DNA from: a virus
DNA length: 64,000 nucleotides
Virus genome (UHGV): UHGV-1493261
Direction: 5' to 3' (one strand)
Shown: positions 16,546-26,737 of the stretch, piece by piece
Layout: each line of letters opens with the position of its first letter
How positions within the stretch are numbered: the first letter of the stretch is position 1
Position numbers and translations under genes: made by a program
The notes under the pieces: model-generated
What the model saw: the letters and a program-made list of their open reading frames with translations, nothing else
Told to the model about the DNA's origin: nothing
Databases searched by the model: none

Positions 16546-18441
16546 ATGGCAACTCAAAGCTTCAGCGTTGCGCCGTCCGTACAGTGGACTGAGCGTGATG
16601 CCACGCTTCAGACGTCTCCATCCGTTGTTGTTCAGGGTGCGACTGTCGGCAAATTCCAATGGGGTGAAGCAGAACTCCCTGTGTTGGTCACTGGTGGCGA
16701 AACTGGTCTGGTGAAGAAATTCTTCAAGCCAAACGATGCAACTGCCACCGACTTCTTGGTGATTGCTGACTTCCTGTCTTACAGCTCCGTTGCATGGGTG
16801 ACCCGTGTGGTCGGTCCGGCGGCACGCAACGCTGTAACCAAAGGTCAGACTGCAATCCTTATCCGCAACAAACTAGACTTCGAAACTGCGTCCCCATCTG
16901 CGTCTATTACCTGGACAGGTCGCTATGCTGGCTCTCTGGGTAACGACATTGCTGTGAACATCTGTGATGCTGCGCTGTTCCCGACCTGGGAATTCCGTAA
17001 CAACTTCGCATATGCTCCGCAGGCTGGCGAGTACCATATCGCCATCGTTGACAAAGTAGGTCGCATTACCGACTCTTCTGGCGCTGTTAGTCAGGTTGAT
17101 CGTATCTCTGTATCCGGTACTGCCTCCGCTTCTGGTTCCATCTCTGTTGCTGGTAAAGCCGTGGCGTACACTGACGCTGACACTCCGGCGACTCTGGCGA
17201 CAAAGATCGGAACCGCGCTGACGTCCCTGTCTGACGTGTATTCTTCTGTTGTCGTGAAGTCCAACACCGTCACCGTCACTCACAAAGCAATCGGTCCTCA
17301 GGCTGCGACTGCGATTGTTCCAGACGCGAATGGTCTGACTGCTACCGCTGCCGTCACCACTGTTGGTGCTTCCGGTACGATCATCGAGAAGTATGAACTG
17401 GTGCAGACCGCTCAGGGTTCTAAGAAATCTGATGGATCCAATGCGTACTTCAAAGACGTGATCAACGGCACCTCAAATTGGGTGTACACCTTCGCCACTA
17501 CCCTGGCTGCTGGTGTCATTGAACTCGAAGGTGGTGTAGACGATTACACTGGGAACCGTGTTGCGGCTATCCAGGCACTGAACAACGCCGAAGCGTATGA
17601 TGCCAAGCCAGTGTTCGGTTTCTGTGAAGAACTGATTGAGCAGCAGGCACTGATAGACCTGTCCACTGAGCGTAAAGACACAGTGTCCTTTGTGTCTCCT
17701 CTTCGCGATACGGTCGTCGGAAACCGTGGCCGTGAGATGGATGATGTTGTGGCCTGGCGTGAAAGCCTTGTTCGCGACTCCTCCTACTTCTTCATGGATG
17801 ACAACTGGGCGTATGTGTACGACAAGTACAACGACAAAATGCGTTGGATTCCGGCTTGTGGCGGCACCGCAGGTGTTTGGGCGCGAAGCATTGAAATCGC
17901 GGGTATCTACAAATCTCCGGCGTTCCACAACCGTGGTAAATACAACAACTATAATCGAATGGCTTGGTCTGCGTCTTCTGATGAGCGTGCTGTGCTGTAT
18001 CGCAACCAGATCAACAGCATTGTCACCTTCTCCAACGAAGGCATCGTGTTGTACGGCGACAAGACTGGCCTGACCCGCCCATCTGCGTTCGACCGCATCA
18101 ACGTTCGTGGTCTGTTCATTATGGCAGAACAGAACATCGCAGCCATCGCCAAATACTACCTTGGTGAGAACAACGATGCATTCACTCGTGGGTTGTTCAG
18201 CAACGCTGTCCGCCCATATATCCGCCAGTTGGCCAACATGGGCGCGATCTATGACGGGATGGTGAAGTGTGACGAGGACAACAACACCGCTGATGTTATC
18301 GCAGCCAACACCATGGTCGCGGGTATCTGGCTGAAACCAGAATACAGCATTAATTGGATTTATCTTGATTTTGCTTCCGTCCGTCCAGACATGGAATTCA
18401 GTGAGATCGAATCCGGCGGTGGTATCGTCGCTGCTTCCTGA
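16546..18441 (+). CDS. gp18: Tail sheath protein (gp18-like)
   Basis: 632-aa ORF, T4 gp18-like size and position after the terminase; ATG at 16546 with AGAAGGAA Shine-Dalgarno. Confidence 0.85.
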   Translation: MATQSFSVAPSVQWTERDATLQTSPSVVVQGATVGKFQWGEAELPVLVTGGETGLVKKFFKPNDATATDFLVIADFLSYSSVAWVTRVVGPAARNAVTKGQTAILIRNKLDFETASPSASITWTGRYAGSLGNDIAVNICDAALFPTWEFRNNFAYAPQAGEYHIAIVDKVGRITDSSGAVSQVDRISVSGTASASGSISVAGKAVAYTDADTPATLATKIGTALTSLSDVYSSVVVKSNTVTVTHKAIGPQAATAIVPDANGLTATAAVTTVGASGTIIEKYELVQTAQGSKKSDGSNAYFKDVINGTSNWVYTFATTLAAGVIELEGGVDDYTGNRVAAIQALNNAEAYDAKPVFGFCEELIEQQALIDLSTERKDTVSFVSPLRDTVVGNRGREMDDVVAWRESLVRDSSYFFMDDNWAYVYDKYNDKMRWIPACGGTAGVWARSIEIAGIYKSPAFHNRGKYNNYNRMAWSASSDERAVLYRNQINSIVTFSNEGIVLYGDKTGLTRPSAFDRINVRGLFIMAEQNIAAIAKYYLGENNDAFTRGLFSNAVRPYIRQLANMGAIYDGMVKCDEDNNTADVIAANTMVAGIWLKPEYSINWIYLDFASVRPDMEFSEIESGGGIVAAS

Positions 18442-18449
18442 TAAACAAA

Positions 18450-18478
18450 CCCCGCTTCGGCGGGGTTTTAAATTTTTT
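18450..18478 (+). terminator. Rho-independent terminator
   Basis: CCCCGC-TTCG-GCGGGG followed by a T-rich run. Confidence 0.6.
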
Positions 18479-18502
18479 CCCAGATTATTTTATTGAATTA
18501 CT

Positions 18503-18529
18503 TTACTTCTTCAATAACTCACGTATAAT
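18503..18529 (+). promoter_or_regulatory. Sigma70-like early promoter candidate
   Basis: TTTACT -35, 15-nt spacer, TATAAT -10; the -10 context TATAATTCTAAA recurs at 26705. Confidence 0.4.
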
Positions 18530-18577
18530 TCTAAACATAAGCAGTACGACACCAACTTGAAACGAAGGATCTATATC

Positions 18578-18934
18578 ATGACCAAGACCGAAATTAACGC
18601 TATCCTGAAAGAAATCGGCCTCTGTAACCTGAAACGCCGCATCAATCCTTACCAGCCTGCAAAGCCAGTACGCGACAGCCAGGGAAAGATGATAAAAGGG
18701 ATCTACTGTGCAGATGTTGGTCCAATGACGGTGACCAGTCCACACATTGACAGATTTAACGCTATCGTTGAGGAGTTTTGTGGTAAGGTTCTGGGTAAAC
18801 TATCTAATGATTTATGCTCCCCAGATACCAAAGTTGTAGCTTTCGGGAGCCACCTCGTCACCTTCCACCTCACCAGCTTCCGTGCCCACGGTGATTATCA
18901 TGTGTATTATGCTCAGGTTGGCATTCGCAAATAG
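18578..18934 (+). CDS. Hypothetical protein (119 aa)
   Basis: ATG with AAGGA Shine-Dalgarno inside a conserved leader (gaaggatctatatcATG) shared with the gene at 28953. Confidence 0.5.
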   Translation: MTKTEINAILKEIGLCNLKRRINPYQPAKPVRDSQGKMIKGIYCADVGPMTVTSPHIDRFNAIVEEFCGKVLGKLSNDLCSPDTKVVAFGSHLVTFHLTSFRAHGDYHVYYAQVGIRK

Positions 18935-18942
18935 TAGTTTAC

Positions 18943-18961
18943 CCCGCTGAGGCGGGGTTTT
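18943..18961. terminator. Bidirectional terminator hairpin between convergent genes
   Basis: CCCCGC-TGAG-GCGGGG followed by TTTTAGTTTT; overlaps the stop of the minus-strand gene. Confidence 0.5.
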
Positions 18962-20744
18962 AGTTTTCCAGTTCATACCGGATAAGACCACACCCCCAGA
19001 TACGCCCCAACCCGGCTTCTATCGCCAGCATATCTTCTGTTTTACCTTCTATATCGTATCCAAGTTTAAGGAATTTCTCTTTCCTGAAATTGAATTTGTG
19101 TATACGTAAGCTATAGTCTGGGGTCACATATTTGTAATCAGGGGGAAGGATTTCCTTTTCAACAAATCCGTTATTCAGGTAAACATTTTTCAGACGACTG
19201 ACAACACAACGATCACCAAAAGAATATACTGTCTCACCCCGATGTCGAGCGATATAATATTTCAGCAAGCGTGAGAATGCGCCATGGCAATTGTTAGAAG
19301 CAAATCTCACCAATTCAATACCATGCACTCGTTTGGTAAACAACATCACAGCCTGGATATTCCCAGTTTTGTCTACAAGGTGTATATAATCTGTCGCCAC
19401 CACACCACCTTGTATATGGAATCGGTCGAGAAAGTCCTTGGACGTCCTATAGGATCCTTCCAAAATGGTATGTTGGCGAGCGTATGACAATGGTTTCCCT
19501 ATCCCCAATTTTGCTTTAAGGAGTGATTTGACCACTTCCTGTTTCTCAACCCACTCATCTTCCCAGATATGGATTAATTGAATGCCCTGGGCTTCACAAT
19601 ACATGGTCTTTTCAAGATGGTAGTCTTTGTATCGATATTTCTCCGAATGCCAGTACAACCCATTAAATTCTATTGCCAACTTATGTTCTGGGCAGTATAT
19701 GTCTATCTGGCGTGTGGTCACCCTACCGTTGAACATTTTACCTCTGAGGACGGAGAAATTACCAGATTCATAAACGACACCCAATGAATCCAGGTATGAA
19801 CATATTTCTATTTCTGGCTGCGTTTGGTTTTGGCTGCTGGGGTACGTGAAAGAGTTCCTATATTCTTCAGAAGAGAAATAGTGAGATACGCCGTATTTTT
19901 CTTTTGAAATGATCCTGGTATTGACCTGGCTTCTATCCCATATAGCCTTTACCTTCAACGGATAATCAACCCCATATTTTAAGACGCATGTTTTCTTTCT
20001 CTTTTCTATAATGGAATTGAGGAACATTGGATGATCCACACCATAGATCTTCCTCCAAGTCTCAATCACCCTTTCCCTCACTTCTGGCATTTTCATGACG
20101 TGTGATACGCCATAGCGTTCCATGACGGAAGCAGCCACTCTGTCCTTTATAACATCAGACTTCATAGGGTGGTCGACCCCATATTTCTTAAGGACAGTTT
20201 CCCGTGACTTTTGTTTTACTTCTTCCAGCTGGAATGTGTTGGCTACGCCATATTTCTCTGATATGGCGTTTTCTAAGTTGGTCCGTTCTGAGCATCCCGC
20301 CTTCATTGATTTTCGTTGGCATTCTTCGGAACAAAACTTTTTGTATCTGGGTGGTTGGGCTTCCATTTCTAAGCCGACGTCAGCACCGCAAGTGACACAC
20401 TGCGACTTCGGAATATCGTACAGCCAAGCAGTTATCGCTTGTGGTTCTTCTAATAGGTCGTTGTGTGACACCACGTATCCAACAACATCAACCCCAGTAT
20501 GGGCTGTGAGTAGGGGATGAGAGATAAGTTTGTAGTTCAACGAACCATCTTTCTTCCTGAGTTTACTATCAACCCAAGAGCGGCATTCAGTTTCGGTCGT
20601 CGGGATGTTATCCAACAAACCCGGATTGCGTTTCATCGTTCCCAGCATGAATGATTTACATTCGTCACTACAATACAACGCAGCCTTCCTGGTTGGGGTG
20701 AACGGTTTGTGGCAGCATGAACAATTTTTATCGGGGAATGACAT
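18960..20744 (-). CDS. Freestanding homing-endonuclease-like protein: two zinc ribbons, tandem KYGV repeats, Vsr/DUF559-like PD-(D/E)xK nuclease domain
   Basis: 594 aa from ATG at 20744 (GAGGA Shine-Dalgarno). CxCC..CxxxC and CxxC..CxxxC motifs; about 33-aa repeats containing KYGV(x)HP; RQIDIYCPEHKLAIEFNGLYWH..IHIWEDEW nuclease core. Inserted on the opposite strand between sheath and tube genes. Confidence 0.8.
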   Translation of the reverse strand: MSFPDKNCSCCHKPFTPTRKAALYCSDECKSFMLGTMKRNPGLLDNIPTTETECRSWVDSKLRKKDGSLNYKLISHPLLTAHTGVDVVGYVVSHNDLLEEPQAITAWLYDIPKSQCVTCGADVGLEMEAQPPRYKKFCSEECQRKSMKAGCSERTNLENAISEKYGVANTFQLEEVKQKSRETVLKKYGVDHPMKSDVIKDRVAASVMERYGVSHVMKMPEVRERVIETWRKIYGVDHPMFLNSIIEKRKKTCVLKYGVDYPLKVKAIWDRSQVNTRIISKEKYGVSHYFSSEEYRNSFTYPSSQNQTQPEIEICSYLDSLGVVYESGNFSVLRGKMFNGRVTTRQIDIYCPEHKLAIEFNGLYWHSEKYRYKDYHLEKTMYCEAQGIQLIHIWEDEWVEKQEVVKSLLKAKLGIGKPLSYARQHTILEGSYRTSKDFLDRFHIQGGVVATDYIHLVDKTGNIQAVMLFTKRVHGIELVRFASNNCHGAFSRLLKYYIARHRGETVYSFGDRCVVSRLKNVYLNNGFVEKEILPPDYKYVTPDYSLRIHKFNFRKEKFLKLGYDIEGKTEDMLAIEAGLGRIWGCGLIRYELEN

Positions 20745-20792
20745 AATAAATATCCTCACTTTGGAGTATTTTAACCCCCATTTATTTCAAAA

Positions 20793-20799
20793 CTAAATA
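20793..20799 (+). promoter_or_regulatory. Late-promoter-like motif CTAAATA
   Basis: aactaaatattta upstream of the tail tube gene. Confidence 0.4.
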
Positions 20800-20825
20800 T
20801 TTACACTATTCAGAGGAGAACAACC

Positions 20826-21359
20826 ATGGCTACAGTTAATGAATTCAGAGCAGCTATGTCACGCGGGGGTGGCGTTCAGCGCCAACACCGTTGGCGTGTG
20901 ACTGTTAACTTCCCTTCCTTCGTGGCTGGAAGCGATACTATCCGTGATGTTTCGCTGTTGGCGGTGACCACAAACACCCCAACAGGCCAGCTCGGGGAAA
21001 TACTCGTCCCATGGGGTGGTCGTGAACTTCCATTCCCAGGCGACCGTCGTTTCGAAGCGCTGCCTGTAACGTTTATCAACGTTGTGGACAACGCCCCGTA
21101 CAACGCATTCGAAGTCTGGCAGCAGTATATCAACGGCAGCAACAACAACCGTGCGTCTGCTAACCCAGATGATTATTTCCGTGATGTAATCATGGAACTG
21201 CTGGATGCGAATGACAACGTCACCAAGACCTGGACCCTTCAGGGCACCTGGCCTCAGAACCTCGGTCAGCTGGAACTGGACATGTCTGCAATGGACTCTT
21301 ATACTCAGTTCACTGTTGACCTGCGTTACTTCCAGGCCATTTCAGACAAGTCTCTCTAA
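20826..21359 (+). CDS. gp19: Tail tube protein (gp19-like)
   Basis: C-terminal TWPQNLGQLELDMSAMDSYTQFTVDLRYF parallels remembered T4 gp19 LWPTNVGELQLDWDSNNEIQTFEVTLALDYW; AGAGGAGAA Shine-Dalgarno. Confidence 0.8.
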   Translation: MATVNEFRAAMSRGGGVQRQHRWRVTVNFPSFVAGSDTIRDVSLLAVTTNTPTGQLGEILVPWGGRELPFPGDRRFEALPVTFINVVDNAPYNAFEVWQQYINGSNNNRASANPDDYFRDVIMELLDANDNVTKTWTLQGTWPQNLGQLELDMSAMDSYTQFTVDLRYFQAISDKSL

Positions 21360-21425
21360 TGTCCTCAGTGCTGGGGGATCTTTATTCCCCCTCACTAATT
21401 ACAAGAAAATGTTGAGGACTTAATC

Positions 21426-23120
21426 ATGGCATTCGGTAATGGTGCATTCGGAAATGGGTTCTTCGGCCTGTTCGGTAGAGGCGGCAAAGTAGAAGCGCCG
21501 ATTGATACCGACAAGATGGTCACGAACCAAGAAGAGAAGTTGCTTTCAAAGGCGACTGTTGTTGCTCTGGACGATTCTCAGGATGGTTCCATCATCCTCC
21601 AGGGCGGCGCGAACACATTCAATTTCGTTGGTGTTGAGAATGAGTTGCTCAACGTCAAACAGCTGGTCGAAGAGTACCAGTCTATGGCTCAGCAGCCTGA
21701 GATTCGTAAGGCTGTGGATATCATTGTCAACGACATCGTCACCTGTGAAGAGGACGAGACTCCTGTAACTATCAACCTGGAAAAGGTAGATGGCATCACA
21801 AACGAAGTCAAAGAGAAGATCACCGACGCATTCAAAGAGATCATGCATCTCCTTGACTTTGACAACACAGCGTATCAGAAGATCCGCAAATGGTATATTG
21901 AAGGCCGTCAGGCATTCCACGTTGTAGTGGACCCGAAGAACAAGAAAGCGGGTATCGCCAAACTCATCATGATGGACTCACGCTGTATCCGTCCTGTATA
22001 CATCGTTCAAAAGGCGATGCGCGACGGTATCGAAGTCATCAATGACGTAAAACTTCAATACTACTACAACCCGAACTACAACCGCAACCAATTCACTGGA
22101 CAGTCCGGTACGTCTCAGAACTTCCAACCGTCACAGCAAGAGCTGGTGTTCGACGATGAGAGCATAGTGTATCTGGACAGTGGTGAAGAGCCTCTGGCGA
22201 ATGGGGTTGTACCCAGCCTGCTGAACCCAGCTATCCGTCCCCTGAACAACCTTGTTACAACTGAAGATGCAACGGTGATCTATGCGATCACACGTGCTCC
22301 TGAGAAGCGAGCGTTCTATCTCGACGTGGGTACGCTGGGTAAGAAGTCGGCCGAAGAATACATGCAAGCCATGATGGGCAAATTCAAGAACCGTCTGGCG
22401 TATGATCGCACCACTGGTAAGGTGGCTGGCAACACTCATTTGATGGGTATCGCTGAGGACTACTGGCTGCCACGTCGTGAAGGGCAGAACGCAACCGAGA
22501 TCTCCAACGTAGGCGGTGGCGATCAACTGGGTCAAATGGATCATGTGGTATACTTCCGCGAGAAGCTCTACGAGGCTCTGATGATCCCTAAGAGCCGCCT
22601 GCAAGAGGAAGGTTCTATCAACATCGGTGGTTCCAATCTTGCTGAAATCACACAGGAAGAACTGCGCTTCAACAAGTTCTGTGCGAGCCTGCGCCGTCGT
22701 TATTCTTCTGGTATCTTCCTGGAACTTCTGCGCCGTCAACTGATATTGAAAGGCATTACAGATCAGGCTGACTGGAATGAGAAGATCAAGCCGTTCGTCA
22801 AGTTCGAATTCACTTCTGACAGCTTCATCCGTGAACAACAAGAGAACGAAATCTTGTCACAGCGTATGGCGGCTCTCGGTCAGATCGAACCATATATCGG
22901 CACTCTCTTCTCTATCGATTTTGCTCAACGCAATTTGCTGCGTATGTCCGATGAAGACATCAAAGACCAGCAAGAGAAGATCGAGAAAGAGAAGAAAGAA
23001 GGCAAATACCCTGAAGTGCAGGCAGATGAGTCCGGCGGCTTCGGCAGCGGGGAAGTCAGTCCACTGAAATTCAGACCTAACGTCATCCCAGCGACTAACC
23101 CTCCTGGTGGTGAAGAATAA
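21426..23120 (+). CDS. gp20: Portal protein (gp20-like)
   Basis: 564-aa ORF directly upstream of the prohead core/protease/scaffold/capsid genes, as in T4; GAGGA Shine-Dalgarno. Confidence 0.85.
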   Translation: MAFGNGAFGNGFFGLFGRGGKVEAPIDTDKMVTNQEEKLLSKATVVALDDSQDGSIILQGGANTFNFVGVENELLNVKQLVEEYQSMAQQPEIRKAVDIIVNDIVTCEEDETPVTINLEKVDGITNEVKEKITDAFKEIMHLLDFDNTAYQKIRKWYIEGRQAFHVVVDPKNKKAGIAKLIMMDSRCIRPVYIVQKAMRDGIEVINDVKLQYYYNPNYNRNQFTGQSGTSQNFQPSQQELVFDDESIVYLDSGEEPLANGVVPSLLNPAIRPLNNLVTTEDATVIYAITRAPEKRAFYLDVGTLGKKSAEEYMQAMMGKFKNRLAYDRTTGKVAGNTHLMGIAEDYWLPRREGQNATEISNVGGGDQLGQMDHVVYFREKLYEALMIPKSRLQEEGSINIGGSNLAEITQEELRFNKFCASLRRRYSSGIFLELLRRQLILKGITDQADWNEKIKPFVKFEFTSDSFIREQQENEILSQRMAALGQIEPYIGTLFSIDFAQRNLLRMSDEDIKDQQEKIEKEKKEGKYPEVQADESGGFGSGEVSPLKFRPNVIPATNPPGGEE

Positions 23121-23157
23121 TTCGACTAAGTATAGAAAACATTTAGAGGATATGAAC

Positions 23158-23328
23158 ATGGCTGCTATCGATCTGGTAAAAGCAATCATCGCTGGTGATA
23201 CTGATGCCGCTGCTGCTGAATGCGAAATGGAGCTGTCCGCTCGCGCCCAAGAACTGGTCCAGCAGGGCACTGAATATGTCTTGAACTCCCTGAGCCAAGA
23301 CATGGGTCCTTTCGGCGACGACCAGTAA
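23158..23328 (+). CDS. Small prohead core protein (gp67-like by position)
   Basis: 56-aa acidic protein between portal and protease; preceded by the degenerate late motif CTAAGTA. Confidence 0.4.
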   Translation: MAAIDLVKAIIAGDTDAAAAECEMELSARAQELVQQGTEYVLNSLSQDMGPFGDDQ

Positions 23329-23340
23329 GAGGAATGTATC

Positions 23341-23646
23341 ATGGAAATCGAAGAAGTTGCAACGTTCGCTGATTTCCTGGCTTCCCGCATGGATGAGCAG
23401 AAAGTCATTGACAAGGTGAACGCAAGAGGCAAACGCCGTCGCCGTCTGCAGTGTGCTCCTGGTTTCAAACTGTCTGCGGATGGTTCCCGTTGTGAGGTGA
23501 TGGTCGCCAGTGAGCGCCGTACTCGCAAGCTGGGCAACCGCAAGGCGATCCGAGCCAAGAAACGCATGGGTATGGGATACCAGCGCAAAATCGAGCGTCG
23601 TAAGAAAAAAGCAATGAAGTTCCGTCGCATGATGGGGCTGAGTTAA
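23341..23646 (+). CDS. Prohead core protein (gp68-like by position)
   Basis: 101 aa with a very basic C-terminus; AGAGGAA Shine-Dalgarno. Confidence 0.45.
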   Translation: MEIEEVATFADFLASRMDEQKVIDKVNARGKRRRRLQCAPGFKLSADGSRCEVMVASERRTRKLGNRKAIRAKKRMGMGYQRKIERRKKKAMKFRRMMGLS

Positions 23647-23653
23647 GGAGCGA

Positions 23654-24322
23654 ATGATGAAACTGTTGCGTGAGATCACTGCGATAGGGAAAGACCTTCA
23701 GATTGGTGAAGCGGCCACGGCTACTGGCGGCAAAGCCATGTACATCGAAGGTCCATTCGTGATGTGTAACCAGGTGAACCGTAATGGTCGCAACTACGAT
23801 CTCCAAAAGGTGGGTATCCCTGCTGTCGAAGCATACGACAAAGAGTATATCCAGGATCGTCGTGCAATCGGTGAACTCAAGCATCCGGATTATCCTTTCC
23901 CCGATATCGAACACGCTGCACTCAAAACCGAATCTTTGCGCTGGGAAGGCACCAACGCTATCGGTCGAGCGCGGATCCTGAATACACCGAAAGGTCAGAT
24001 CATTCGTGCTCTGGCTGAAGCAGACTTCAACCTGGCCGTGTCTACACGTGGCCTTGGTGAGACCAAGTCAGTGAACGGCTATGATGACGTTCAACCCGGC
24101 TTTATGCTCACTGCTGTTGATGCAGTCGACCGTCCTTCTGGACAAGTTTGTTATGTAAAGGCTGTGAGCGAATCTGTGGAATGGCAGCTTGATGAATCTT
24201 CAGGAATTTGGGTTCCTAAGGACATTAAGGGGCATGTGGTCGATTCATTGGTGAAAACCAATATTCAGTTAGAAGACGACTTCCTGCGCCGCCTCGATAT
24301 CGCATTGAAACATCTGGGCTGA
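23654..24322 (+). CDS. gp21: Prohead core protease (gp21-like)
   Basis: 222 aa; GKAMYIEGPFVMCNQVNRNGRNY resembles remembered T4 gp21 around the catalytic region; position upstream of scaffold and capsid genes. Confidence 0.8.
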   Translation: MMKLLREITAIGKDLQIGEAATATGGKAMYIEGPFVMCNQVNRNGRNYDLQKVGIPAVEAYDKEYIQDRRAIGELKHPDYPFPDIEHAALKTESLRWEGTNAIGRARILNTPKGQIIRALAEADFNLAVSTRGLGETKSVNGYDDVQPGFMLTAVDAVDRPSGQVCYVKAVSESVEWQLDESSGIWVPKDIKGHVVDSLVKTNIQLEDDFLRRLDIALKHLG

Positions 24323-24333
24323 ATTCAGCCTCA

Positions 24334-24340
24334 CTAAATA
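24334..24340 (+). promoter_or_regulatory. Late-promoter-like motif CTAAATA
   Basis: cactaaatact upstream of the scaffold gene. Confidence 0.35.
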
Positions 24341-24367
24341 CTGAAAATCGTTCAGAAGGAAACAATC

Positions 24368-25216
24368 ATGAAACCTGAATTGCAAAAACTATTTGAGGGC
24401 GTTAACGGCCTCAGCACCGACTTCCTGGATAAAGTGTCTGGTCTGCTGGAATCTAAAGTAGAAGCCGCTCGCCTGACCGCTATTCAAGAAACCGAAAACG
24501 CTGCCAACGTTGAGCGCCTACGTCTGGTTGAAGCTCATCAGGCTGAGATTGCTCAGCTGAAAGAGTCTCACTTGATGGAAATCGCGACCAAAGTCGATGG
24601 CTTCCTGAACGCGGTTGTAGAAGAGTGGGCTAACAAGAACGCTCCTGCAATCGATGCTCAGATCAAACGTGAAGCGGCTGAAAATCTGCTGACTGGCCTG
24701 ACTGGTGTTCTGAAAGAAGCTGGTATCAACTTTGCCACCGACGAAAACGGCCAGATCGCTGCGCTGACCGCCCGCCTGACCGAAGCAGAACGACGTGCTG
24801 CGATTGCCGAAAACGAAAACCGTCAAATCAAAGAAGCCGCGAATGCGACTCTGCGTGACTCTGTGATCGCCCGTGTCTGTGAAGGTATGGTCGACACCAA
24901 GAAAGCAACGGTTGTCAATCTGCTGGAAGCTGTGCAGTTCACCACCGAAAGCGAATTCGCTTCCCGCGTACACACCTTCCGCAACCTGGTAGAAGGTAAG
25001 TCCGTGAAGAAAGAAGACGATGACGATGACTTCCAGGACAAAGTCGGCGGAAAAGACGGTGATGACGACAACAAAGATGTTAAAGTCGAAGAAGGCAAAA
25101 AGCCTAAGAAAGAAGGCGATGAAGACGACGATGAAGATGAAACAGACAAAGAGCTGAAAGAATCTATCAAGCGTCAGTTGGCCGACTATAATCGTCGCTT
25201 CGGCATCAACGGCTAA
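24368..25216 (+). CDS. gp22: Prohead scaffolding core protein (gp22-like)
   Basis: 282 aa, highly charged/acidic helical protein with a KEDDDDDF..DEDDDEDE tail, immediately upstream of the major capsid gene. Confidence 0.7.
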   Translation: MKPELQKLFEGVNGLSTDFLDKVSGLLESKVEAARLTAIQETENAANVERLRLVEAHQAEIAQLKESHLMEIATKVDGFLNAVVEEWANKNAPAIDAQIKREAAENLLTGLTGVLKEAGINFATDENGQIAALTARLTEAERRAAIAENENRQIKEAANATLRDSVIARVCEGMVDTKKATVVNLLEAVQFTTESEFASRVHTFRNLVEGKSVKKEDDDDDFQDKVGGKDGDDDNKDVKVEEGKKPKKEGDEDDDEDETDKELKESIKRQLADYNRRFGING

Positions 25217-25229
25217 TTTTAGCAGCCAC

Positions 25230-25255
25230 AGCCCTCGAAAGGGGGCTTGATTTTG
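25230..25255 (+). terminator. Terminator-like hairpin
   Basis: AGCCCTC-GAAA-GGGGGCT followed by TGATTTT. Confidence 0.45.
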
Positions 25256-25307
25256 AACTACTAAGTAATTTCAACTTAACTGAATATCAATGTAAGGAAT
25301 GACCATC

Positions 25308-26633
25308 ATGGCTAAGAAACTTGTTACCGAACAAATGCGCGAGCAGTGGCTGCCAGTTCTTCAGAAAGAATCTGAAAGCATCCAGCCGCTTTCTGCCGAA
25401 AACGTTGCCGTCCGTCTGCTGCAAAACCAGGCTGAGTGGAACGCCAAAAACCTGGGCGAATCTGACGCTCCTGGCTCCGTGAACGCCTCTGTTGGCAAAT
25501 GGCAGCCAGTCCTGATCGACATGGCCAAACGTCTGGCTCCGGTCAACATCGCGATGGACTTCTTCGGCGTTCAGCCGCTGTCTGGTCCTGACGGTCAGAT
25601 CTTTGCTCTGCGTGCTCGCCAGGGCATTTCAGACGGTGGATCCAACACCCAACATTCCCGTAAAGAACTGTTCATGCAGGAAGCTGATTCTGGCTACTCT
25701 GGTGACGACACTGCTCAGGCTGGCGACCCATCTGGCTTTACCCAGACTGAGATCGAAGGTTCCGGCGCTGCCACCACCACCATTGGTAAAGGCATGCCAA
25801 CCAAGGACGCTGAACTTCTGGGCACCACCACCAACCCATGGGCACGTGTTGGTATCACCGTTCAGAAAGCAACCGTGACTGCGAAGTCTCGCGGCCTGTA
25901 CGCTGACTACAGCCATGAACTGCGCCAGGACATGATGGCGATCCACGGCGAAGACGTTGACAGCATCCTGTCCGACGTGATGGTAACTGAAATTCAGGCA
26001 GAGATGAACCGTGAGTTTATCCGCACCATGAACTTCAGCGCAGTACGCTTCAAAAAATTCGGCAAGAACGGCATTGTGGACATCTCCACTGACATCTCCG
26101 GTCGTTGGGCGCTGGAAAAATGGAAGTACATGACTTTCATGCTGGAAGTTGAAGCGAACGGCATCGGTGTTGACACCCGTCGTGGTAAAGGCAACCGTGT
26201 TCTGTGCTCCCCGAACGTAGCATCCGCTCTGGCGATGTCTGGCATGCTGGATTATGCTCCGGCGCTGCAGGAAAACACCAAGCTGGCGATTGATCCGACT
26301 GGCCAAACCTTCGCTGGTGTGCTGTCTAACGGTATGCGTGTCTACATCGACCCGTATGCAGTAGCAGAATACATCACCCTGGCATACAAAGGCGCAACCG
26401 CACTGGATGCTGGTATCTTCTTCGCGCCATACGTGCCGCTGGAAATGTACCGCACCCAGGGTGAAACCACCTTCGCACCACGCATGGCGTTTAAAACCCG
26501 CTACGGTATCTGTGCTAACCCATTCGTTCAGATCCCAGCGAACCAGGATCCACAGGTCTATGTGACTGCGGACGGTATCGCCCAGGACAGCAACGTGTAC
26601 TTCCGTAAAGGGCTGATCAAAGGCCTGTTCTAA
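25308..26633 (+). CDS. gp23: Major capsid protein (gp23-like)
   Basis: DFFGVQPLSGPDGQIFALRA, FKTRYGICANPF and C-terminal YFRKGLIKGLF align with remembered T4 gp23 motifs (DICGVQPMNSPTGQVFALRA, FKTRYGIGINPF, YFRRVYVKGI). ATG at 25308 chosen for Shine-Dalgarno spacing (alternative 25299). Confidence 0.9.
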   Translation: MAKKLVTEQMREQWLPVLQKESESIQPLSAENVAVRLLQNQAEWNAKNLGESDAPGSVNASVGKWQPVLIDMAKRLAPVNIAMDFFGVQPLSGPDGQIFALRARQGISDGGSNTQHSRKELFMQEADSGYSGDDTAQAGDPSGFTQTEIEGSGAATTTIGKGMPTKDAELLGTTTNPWARVGITVQKATVTAKSRGLYADYSHELRQDMMAIHGEDVDSILSDVMVTEIQAEMNREFIRTMNFSAVRFKKFGKNGIVDISTDISGRWALEKWKYMTFMLEVEANGIGVDTRRGKGNRVLCSPNVASALAMSGMLDYAPALQENTKLAIDPTGQTFAGVLSNGMRVYIDPYAVAEYITLAYKGATALDAGIFFAPYVPLEMYRTQGETTFAPRMAFKTRYGICANPFVQIPANQDPQVYVTADGIAQDSNVYFRKGLIKGLF

Positions 26634-26661
26634 TCGAACAGTTGTCCTTAACCCTGACAAA

Positions 26662-26688
26662 CCCCGCCAACGTGCGGGGTTTTCTTTT
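26662..26688 (+). terminator. Rho-independent terminator
   Basis: CCCCGC-CAACGT-GCGGGG followed by TTTTCTTTT. Confidence 0.6.
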
Positions 26689-26737
26689 GAAACAAACCAG
26701 CATATAATTCTAAAATAATAACAGGTAGGATTAGATC

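Noticed and set aside
22131-23630. Minus-strand ORFs of 236 and 257 aa antisense to the portal and prohead core genes
   Set aside because: Overlap confidently assigned + strand genes; no independent evidence.
25629-26660. 343-aa minus-strand ORF antisense to the major capsid gene
   Set aside because: Antisense shadow of a gene with strong T4 gp23 similarity; Arg/Cys/His/Val-rich composition.
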